From Candidatus Wukongarchaeum yapensis (GTDB lineage: Archaea; Asgardarchaeota; Wukongarchaeia; Wukongarchaeales; Wukongarchaeaceae): a stretch of DNA of 6,856 nucleotides. The stretch lies in the NCBI GenBank assembly GCA_016840425.1, contig JAEOSI010000125.1, positions 1 through 6,856 on the forward strand, given 5' to 3'. Under the pieces are notes generated by a model. The model saw nothing but the letters and a program-made list of their open reading frames with translations. It was not told where the DNA came from and searched no databases. This document shows positions 1 to 5,280 of this stretch, one piece after another (the stretch's first letter is position 1; each line of letters opens with the position of its first letter). A program made the position numbers and the translations under genes.

Positions 1-1
1 T

Positions 2-259
2 GAAAACGCTATTTTTTCCATTTTTATCGTGACAATTATCGGGTTTTTCGGCGTGATGATTGACAGTTTTTTAGGGGCAATTATTCAAGGGTATTACGAG
101 TGTAAAAAGTGTAAAGTAAAAACCGAAAAACGTGTTCATTGCGGCGAAAAAACCATATTGATACGGGGAAAAGAATGGTTTAATAATGATATAGTAAACC
201 TTTCAACTTCTATGATTGTTGTGTTTTTAGCCATAGTTTTTAGCCCATTTTTACTATGA
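2..259 (+). CDS. DUF92 (TMEM19-like) integral membrane protein, C-terminal part, truncated by the window edge
   Basis: Frame is open from base 2 (ENAIFSIFIVTIIGFFGVMIDSFLGAIIQGYYECKKC...NNDIVNLSTS...) to TGA at 257-259. G-x-x-G-x-x-I-D-S-x-L-G-A-x-x-Q and NDxVN are the typical C-terminal motifs of DUF92 proteins. Confidence 0.85.
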   Translation, partial: ENAIFSIFIVTIIGFFGVMIDSFLGAIIQGYYECKKCKVKTEKRVHCGEKTILIRGKEWFNNDIVNLSTSMIVVFLAIVFSPFLL

Positions 260-365
260 AAGAAATAAGATAATAAAATGAGAACAAGGGAGGAGTAATT
301 AAAAAGAAAAATAGCGACGTATCTATCACGTATAGGCAAGCAAACGGAGGGAAAATATTCTGCCT

Positions 366-929
366 TCATTTATATAAGTAAGATTCGAGTTGAGAAACTC
401 TTGTTTCAAGACTAGCAACTCTTGCAGCCAACTCTGTTATTTTATCTACAAGTTTTACAACTACATCTCGAATATCCTGTTGAGTTCCAACCGCTGGTTG
501 CTGCACAGTATAAGTAGGTTGAGTAGCGCTTGGAGCTGGGGCAGTAGCTGGAGGAGTTTGTTGAGGCTGTGCCACGGGTACAGGGGCAGTTGTAGGAGCC
601 GGAGCTGGTTGCTGTTTTGGTTGTGGTTGTGGAGGAGCGGTAAGTTGGGATAATTTGTTTAGGAGATTGTGGGCAGCCATTTCTATCTGGATCTCTGTCA
701 CGGAATATACTTCAAGCTCTCTAAAGGCGTTTTTTAGGCTTGTTGATAGGACGTTGGAGTCGAGGGATGCAAGCTGTATTAGTTTTTCCACGGAATTTCT
801 AAGAACGATTTCTACAACCCACCCAATGCTTTGATCCTTTCGAAGTCTCACAACATATGCAACGCCCGGAATACGCTCTTCAACCCGCAATCCTCTACTC
901 AAAGTGTTCCACCTGTCCAAGTAACCCAA
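366..929 (-). CDS. Hypothetical protein: ~96-aa N-terminal domain, Pro/Gln/Ala/Thr-rich linker (aa 97-152), C-terminal coiled coil (aa 153-185)
   Basis: 187-codon ORF with a TTG start and a TATA-like TTTTAAAA 20-27 nt upstream. It has a regular heptad (I153, V157, L160, I164, L167, V171, L174, V178, L181, L185) and converges on DUF92 across a T-rich gap. The exact start codon is uncertain. Confidence 0.8.
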   Translation of the reverse strand: MGYLDRWNTLSRGLRVEERIPGVAYVVRLRKDQSIGWVVEIVLRNSVEKLIQLASLDSNVLSTSLKNAFRELEVYSVTEIQIEMAAHNLLNKLSQLTAPPQPQPKQQPAPAPTTAPVPVAQPQQTPPATAPAPSATQPTYTVQQPAVGTQQDIRDVVVKLVDKITELAARVASLETRVSQLESYLYK

Positions 930-948
930 GTGATAATAGTATAATCCA

Positions 949-957
949 TTTTAAAAA
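949..957 (-). promoter_or_regulatory. Putative TATA box for the 187-aa ORF
   Basis: Minus strand reads GGTTTTTAAAA, with the TTTTAAAA core centred about 24 nt upstream of TTG 929. Confidence 0.4.
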
Positions 958-1131
958 CCTATTCTAAAAAAAGATAAATCCTTTAAATCAACACTTTTAA
1001 AAAATATTTTCTAAGAAAAGGACAGTATAAGTCCTTAGTTATATTTTTAAAACAAAGTTATTTAATTTATTCCCGACTGGTCTTTTATTTTTTCTTCTCT
1101 TAAAATTGTTTTAGGGAAAGAGGCGCCTAAA

Positions 1132-1210
1132 CCTTGGAAAAAACACGGTCAAATTTTTGTATAAAGGACGGGGTCCCGCCCCATTTATCCTTGGAAAACT
1201 TGGAGAACAC
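1132..1210. repeat. Dispersed direct repeats CCTTGGAAAA (1132-1141, 1189-1198) plus variant CTTGGAGAAC (1199-1208)
   Basis: Read directly from the sequence in the 420-bp divergent intergenic region. Confidence 0.6.
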
Positions 1211-1334
1211 TAACTTTCTAACAAAGGTCGCAATTTGAAGACGAATAATAAAAGGATAACAAAAAGATTCCACGAAAAACGTACAAAAAAGTTAAAAAGA
1301 ATCAATTTTTTGAAATAAAAGAAAAGATCAAAAC

Positions 1335-1339
1335 AGGAG
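1335..1339 (+). promoter_or_regulatory. Shine-Dalgarno AGGAG for nuoC-like gene
   Basis: AGGAG lies 10 nt upstream of ATG 1350 and 4 nt upstream of the alternative GTG 1344. Confidence 0.5.
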
Positions 1340-1349
1340 TAGTGTGATT

Positions 1350-1847
1350 ATGAGCGCGCTTGATGTTGTAAAAAGCATACAAGATATTATAATTGAACAG
1401 AAGACTCTCAAGGAAGGAGACTGGACAGAGCTCTCCATTGAGGTCAAACCTGAGGATATTAGGAAGGCCATACAGGGTTTGAAAGAGGTTATGCCGGAGA
1501 TGCATGGCGAGATTATTGCCGGTATTGACAGATTAGAAGATAATTACGAACTTGTATATTTCATATGGTCTCACTTGAAGCATCTTCTTATCTTGCTTAG
1601 AACAAAACTTTCGGGACCTAATCCGTCAATCGAGACAGTGAGCGATATCATACGGGTGTTTAACTGGCATGAAAGAGAAACTGCAGAGATGTTTGGTGTA
1701 GAGTTCAGGAACCACCCCGACATGCGCCCCATACTTCTTGGAAAAGATCTCTATGGTAAAACACCTTTAAGAAAGAGCTTCCCAGCAAGAAGATTACCAA
1801 CACCAGGAGCAAAAACTGCTGAAAGCGAAGAAGAAGAAGAAGAATAA
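1350..1847 (+). CDS. nuoC: NuoC-family subunit (complex I 30-kDa subunit, or the equivalent subunit of group 4 hydrogenase/Fpo/Mbx), stand-alone
   Basis: Signature WHERETAEMFGVEFRNHPDMRPILL...PLRKSF matches the NuoC motif W-x-ERE-x-x-D/EMFG-x-x-F-x-x-HP-x-L/MR-x-ILL...PLRK. IAGID...YELVY and PSIETVS also fit. ATG 1350 is preferred over GTG 1344 on RBS spacing. The exact complex cannot be assigned. Confidence 0.88.
   Translation: MSALDVVKSIQDIIIEQKTLKEGDWTELSIEVKPEDIRKAIQGLKEVMPEMHGEIIAGIDRLEDNYELVYFIWSHLKHLLILLRTKLSGPNPSIETVSDIIRVFNWHERETAEMFGVEFRNHPDMRPILLGKDLYGKTPLRKSFPARRLPTPGAKTAESEEEEEE
1827..1844 (+). repeat. (GAA)6 microsatellite encoding the poly-Glu tail of NuoC
   Basis: Six consecutive GAA codons immediately before TAA 1845-1847. 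Confidence 0.9.
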
Positions 1848-1924
1848 AACATGAGATAAAAGAACGAACCTCCTTCCCCCCCACCTAAAAATTAAGAAAA
1901 AAAGAAACTCCGGCAGTCTAGGAG

Positions 1925-1950
1925 AGGGAGCATACCCTTTACCTTTTTTT
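1925..1950 (+). terminator. Putative terminator of nuoC: short hairpin followed by T tract
   Basis: AGGG-AGCATA-CCCT followed by TTACC and T7 (1944-1950), about 80-100 nt after the stop. Confidence 0.4.
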
Positions 1951-2030
1951 AAAAATTGCTTTAGATGATATAAGATCACTTAATCAGCTAATTCACAATT
2001 TTCAAAATACTAAGATTTTTAATCATTATT

Positions 2031-2047
2031 CTATGTATTTAACATAG
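2031..2047 (+). promoter_or_regulatory. Inverted repeat CTATGT-N5-ACATAG overlapping a TATA-like TATTTAA upstream of the zinc-ribbon gene
   Basis: Perfect 6-bp arms at 2031-2036 and 2042-2047, with TATTTAA at 2036-2042. Confidence 0.4.
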
Positions 2048-2074
2048 GGTGAAAAAAGGGCTTGGATAGAGCGC

Positions 2075-2082
2075 GGGGTGAT
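2075..2082 (+). promoter_or_regulatory. Archaeal-type Shine-Dalgarno GGGGTGAT
   Basis: Complementary to the GAUCACC part of the 16S 3' tail and 6 nt upstream of ATG 2089. Confidence 0.7.
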
Positions 2083-2088
2083 TTGAAG

Positions 2089-2571
2089 ATGGTTATGGGA
2101 AACATCTATGTAAATAAACCGATTCAAGAGACAAATGACAGATTAATAGACATGCTTGGAGCTTCTACAGCAACCATTGAGTCAAGGAGTTTGGAAAGAA
2201 TCGATTTTACTCACGGGTCATTCTTCGCTGCAACACCAACCAACAGCACAAAAACAGGAACCTTAAAACTTACAACCCAAGGCAAGGGTACAAGGGTAGA
2301 ATACGAATGTAACGCAAGAACCTACTACAAAATCATATGGGCCATAGTTGGGATAGTAACATTCGGCATCGGCTTCATCGGCTATTATATCTACACGATG
2401 AAGGGACCAAGAAAATACATCGAAAATATGATGAACGCCATCGCGATGCCAAGATACGCGGAAGCCCCTCCCATTGAAACCGAAGCGGCTCCAACAGCGT
2501 GTCCACAATGCGGCGCACAACTTCCACCAGACTCAGTATTCTGTCCAAACTGCGGAACATCAGTACAATAA
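2089..2571 (+). CDS. Membrane protein with C-terminal zinc ribbon (CxxC-x10-CxxC)
   Basis: Hydrophobic segment IIWAIVGIVTFGIGFIGYYIY and terminal CPQCGAQLPPDSVFCPNCG (2500-2553). ATG 2089 is chosen for its strong RBS. TTG 2062 also has GGGTGA 9 nt upstream and cannot be excluded. Confidence 0.85.
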   Translation: MVMGNIYVNKPIQETNDRLIDMLGASTATIESRSLERIDFTHGSFFAATPTNSTKTGTLKLTTQGKGTRVEYECNARTYYKIIWAIVGIVTFGIGFIGYYIYTMKGPRKYIENMMNAIAMPRYAEAPPIETEAAPTACPQCGAQLPPDSVFCPNCGTSVQ

Positions 2572-2583
2572 CTTAGTACATGT

Positions 2584-2611
2584 TCTCTTCTTTTTTTTCT
2601 CTTCTTTTTCT
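2584..2611 (+). terminator. Oligo-pyrimidine terminator with internal duplication
   Basis: TCTCTTCTTTTT occurs twice (2584-2595, 2598-2609) just after TAA 2571, as expected for archaeal U-rich termination. Confidence 0.65.
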
Positions 2612-2656
2612 AATTATTTGGGGTGAGAACAAGCATCCGTAGTTTTAACGATTTGG

Positions 2657-2665
2657 TTTAATATA
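2657..2665 (+). promoter_or_regulatory. Putative TATA box of the uvsE-phr operon
   Basis: TTTAATATA is centred about 30 nt upstream of ATG 2691 and there is no clear RBS, suggesting a leaderless or short-leader mRNA. Confidence 0.5.
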
Positions 2666-2690
2666 CTGAGAGCAATTATGATGGTTTAAA

Positions 2691-3578
2691 ATGAAAGTAG
2701 GTTATCCTTGTATTAATAGAAGTATTGGTTGCACTGCTAATTCGACTTTTAAGTTGGCTTCTTATTCTGAGGAGCGATTGATTAAAACCGTTAAAAACAA
2801 TCTTGAATGCCTTGCTAAGATTTTGAGATATAATGTAGAGAATGATTTGTTGTTTTTTAGGATTAGTTCTGACTTAGTTCCTTTTGCTTCTCATCCTGTT
2901 TGCAAGTTTGATTGGATGAATCATTATAAGTTACAGTTCAAAGAAATAGGAGAATACATCAAGAAAAAAGATATCAGGATATCTATGCATCCTGACCAAT
3001 TTATCTTGATTAATTCTATTAAAGAGAAAGTGGTTCAAAGAAGCATCAATGAACTAGATTATCATTGCAAAGTTTTGGATGCTATGGGGCTGGACATTAC
3101 TTCAAAAATTCAAATTCATGTGGGAGGAGTTTACGGTGATAAGCCGAAAGCGATTGAAAGATTTGTTGAAAGGTATGAATCATTAAGCGAATCTATAAAG
3201 AAAAGACTTGTCATAGAGAATGATGATCGTTTATTTAGCTTGAAAGATTGCTTATACATCAATCAACTTACGGGAATTCCTGTTGTTTTTGATAGTTTTC
3301 ATCATGAATGCTTGAACAGTGAAGAATCTGTTAGAGATGCTATTATGAAGGCTCAGACAGCATGGAAAGATAAAGATGGATCACTTATGGTAGATTACAG
3401 CAGCCAAAAAGAAGGCGAAAGAAGAGGAAAACATGCGACAACAATCGATCTTTCCTTGTTCAAAAATTTCATAGACGAGACAAAAGGGTTAGAGTTTGAT
3501 ATCATGCTTGAAATAAAAGATAAAGAGAAAAGCGCATTAAAAGCAATAAAATTATTAAAAGAGATGAAAATATTATGA
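2691..3578 (+). CDS. uvsE: UV DNA damage repair endonuclease (UVDE)
   Basis: 295 aa with the UVDE motifs GYPCIN, FFRISSDLVPFASHP, ISMHPDQF, IQIHVGGVYG, VIENDD, VFDSFHH, GKHA and IMLEIKDKE. Confidence 0.96.
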   Translation: MKVGYPCINRSIGCTANSTFKLASYSEERLIKTVKNNLECLAKILRYNVENDLLFFRISSDLVPFASHPVCKFDWMNHYKLQFKEIGEYIKKKDIRISMHPDQFILINSIKEKVVQRSINELDYHCKVLDAMGLDITSKIQIHVGGVYGDKPKAIERFVERYESLSESIKKRLVIENDDRLFSLKDCLYINQLTGIPVVFDSFHHECLNSEESVRDAIMKAQTAWKDKDGSLMVDYSSQKEGERRGKHATTIDLSLFKNFIDETKGLEFDIMLEIKDKEKSALKAIKLLKEMKIL

Positions 3579-4954
3579 GAGAAAAACAAAATAAGTCCTT
3601 GTTTATATTTAGAAGGGATCTGCGACTTGAGGATAATACGGGACTTATTAAAGCTTTAGAATCATCAAAATATGTTATTCCTTGCTTTATTTTTGATCCT
3701 AGACAAGTAAAAAATAATGAATATAAAAGCGATAATGCTCTGCAGTTCATGATAGAGTCCCTAAAAGATTTGGAACAGCAGCTAAAACAAAAAAATGGAA
3801 GATTATACTTGCTTTATGGAGAATCAGAAAATATTGTTAAACAAATAACAAATAAAGAAAATATTGATGCTCTATACATTAACAGGGATTATACTCCTTT
3901 CAGCATAAAAAGGGATTCTGCTATTAAAGATGTTTGCAGGAAAAACAATCTTGAATTTTACCAGTATGGTGATGCTCTTCTTAATGAACCAGAAACTATA
4001 TTAAAAGGGGATGGAAAGCCTTACAAGGTTTTTTCCGCTTTTTTTAGAAAATCGATCAGAAAGAAGGTCAGAGAGCCTCAAAAAAACGGTTATAAAGATT
4101 TTTTCAAAGAATCAATAGAGTTTGAGCAGAAAAACATCTATTCTCGTGTTTTAGGGAAGTTGAATGAAAGTATTTATGTTCGTGGGGGGAGGTCTAATTG
4201 CTTGAAAATTCTTGAGAATTTAGAAAAATATGCTAATTATGAACTTGATAGTGATTACCCTGCAAAAAGAGCGACGACGGGATTGGCAGCACATAATAAA
4301 TTTGGAACATGCTCGATAAGGGAGGTGTACTTTGCTATAAAAGATAAGTTAGGGGTTGATCATCCTTTAATAAGACAACTGTATTGGCGTGATTTCTTCA
4401 CTTATGTAGCTTATCATTTTCCGCATGTTTTTGGGAAATCGTTTTATCAGAAATATGATAAAATAAAATGGAGTAATGATTTGGAAAAATTCAAAGCATG
4501 GTGTGAGGGAAGGACAGGGTTTCCAATTGTTGACGCGGGAATGAGAGAATTAAATACTACAGGTTATATGAATAATCGGTTAAGAATGATTGTAGCTTCT
4601 TTTTTAGTGAAAGATTTGCATATTGATTGGCGGTGGGGAGAAAAATATTTTGTGCAAAAGCTTGTTGATTATGATCCTTCTGTTAATAATGGTAATTGGC
4701 AGTGGGTTGCTTCTACAGGATGTGATGCTCAGCCTTACTTTAGAATATTTAATCCGTGGTTGCAACAAAAAAAGCATGATCCAGAATGTGAATATATAAA
4801 AAAATGGATACCAGAATTGAAAGATGTTCCTCCTAAATTGATCCATAAATTGTACAATCAAAAGCTTTTAAAAGATAAAAAATATCCTCGCCCCCTAGTA
4901 GATCATTCAAAAGAGAGCAAAATAGCAAAAAATACATATGCAATGGTAAAATAG
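3575..4954 (+). CDS. phrB: Deoxyribodipyrimidine (CPD) photolyase
   Basis: 459 aa with FRRDLRLEDN, LYWRDFF, GRTGFPIVDAGMREL, NRLRMIVASFLVKDL and DYDPSVNNGNWQW...QPYFRIFNP. Trp triad W299/W352/W375 and flavin-proximal N371 align to E. coli W306/W359/W382/N378 at a constant offset of 7. The start overlaps the uvsE stop (ATGA). Confidence 0.96.
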   Translation: MREKQNKSLFIFRRDLRLEDNTGLIKALESSKYVIPCFIFDPRQVKNNEYKSDNALQFMIESLKDLEQQLKQKNGRLYLLYGESENIVKQITNKENIDALYINRDYTPFSIKRDSAIKDVCRKNNLEFYQYGDALLNEPETILKGDGKPYKVFSAFFRKSIRKKVREPQKNGYKDFFKESIEFEQKNIYSRVLGKLNESIYVRGGRSNCLKILENLEKYANYELDSDYPAKRATTGLAAHNKFGTCSIREVYFAIKDKLGVDHPLIRQLYWRDFFTYVAYHFPHVFGKSFYQKYDKIKWSNDLEKFKAWCEGRTGFPIVDAGMRELNTTGYMNNRLRMIVASFLVKDLHIDWRWGEKYFVQKLVDYDPSVNNGNWQWVASTGCDAQPYFRIFNPWLQQKKHDPECEYIKKWIPELKDVPPKLIHKLYNQKLLKDKKYPRPLVDHSKESKIAKNTYAMVK

Positions 4955-5072
4955 GCAATCAAATTTTATTCCTGAAAAAAGTAAAAGTGTGAGAGAAAAA
5001 TTTGATAATATTTCTCGTTTAATATGTAAAAAGACGAAAAATAAATGATTGGTTTATATAACGTCTAATGCT

Positions 5073-5216
5073 TTAAACCTTTTTTGTTGCTGGTGCTAAT
5101 AATTCAGGATCCACTACAACGTCGATTATAGCTGGCATATCTGACTCAAACGCGGCTTTTAACGCCCCATCAAGCAAACTAGGATCTTCTACTCTAAATC
5201 CGATCCCACCTGCCAT
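5073..5216 (-). pseudogene. 47-codon ORF matching the C-terminal tail of TPP-dependent enzymes (acetolactate synthase / pyruvate oxidase family); probable gene remnant
   Basis: Hand translation gives MAGGIGFRVEDPSLLDGALKAAFESDMPAIIDVVVDPELLAPATKKV*. The pattern G-x-G-x-RVEDP...L-x-x-A...P-A-I-I-D-V-V-V-D-P is the end of TPP_enzyme_C. The GDG...NN TPP-binding motif is absent. RBS GGAGGGT is present and an in-frame TAG lies upstream. Confidence 0.75.
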
Positions 5217-5220
5217 TTTA

Positions 5221-5227
5221 ACCCTCC
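5221..5227 (-). promoter_or_regulatory. Shine-Dalgarno GGAGGGT for the 47-aa ORF
   Basis: Reverse complement of ACCCTCC; the GGAGG core is 6 nt from ATG 5216. Confidence 0.7.
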
Positions 5228-5242
5228 AAATCTAATTTTATA

Positions 5243-5280
5243 ACTAAATGTTTAGTCCTATTTTAAAGCTTTTCAAAAGC
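5243..5280 (-). promoter_or_regulatory. Putative promoter (TTTAAAA, 5267-5261) flanked by two inverted repeats
   Basis: GCTTTT-C-AAAAGC (5268-5280) lies immediately upstream of the TATA-like box and ACTAAA-TG-TTTAGT (5243-5256) lies downstream of it. Confidence 0.4.

Noticed and set aside
136-653. ORFs 136-369 (-) and 390-653 (+)
   Set aside because: They overlap better-supported genes on the opposite strand, have low-complexity translations and show no motifs.
1149-1184. 11-codon minus-strand ORF MGRDPVLYTKI with AAGGA upstream
   Set aside because: Too short, the RBS spacing is only 3 nt, and there is nothing recognisable.
1302-1979. ORFs 1302-1505 (-) and 1794-1979 (-)
   Set aside because: Antisense shadows of nuoC and its 3' region; the Phe run mirrors the (GAA)6 and A tracts.
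1848-1980. Possible SECIS element or C/D-box RNA after nuoC (ATGA at 1851, GATGAT near 1964)
   Set aside because: No in-frame TGA in neighbouring genes, no convincing stem and no matching CTGA D box.
2263-2560. ORFs 2263-2520 (-) and 2375-2560 (-)
   Set aside because: Antisense to the zinc-ribbon gene with no RBS or motifs.
279-2633. 10-bp repeat TGAGAACAAG at 279-288 and 2624-2633
   Set aside because: Many 10-bp matches are expected by chance across 6.9 kb, and no mobile-element gene lies between them.
2678-2689. Tiny uORF ATG ATG GTT TAA before uvsE
   Set aside because: TATA position predicts a TSS at about 2685-2690, so the uORF start is probably not transcribed.
3395-4861. ORFs 3395-3589, 3502-3750 and 4604-4861 (-)
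   Set aside because: Antisense shadows inside uvsE and phrB.
3576-5000. 11-bp repeat TGAGAGAAAAA flanking phrB (3576-3586, 4990-5000)
   Set aside because: Low-complexity purine sequence in AT-rich DNA; not credible as a target-site duplication.
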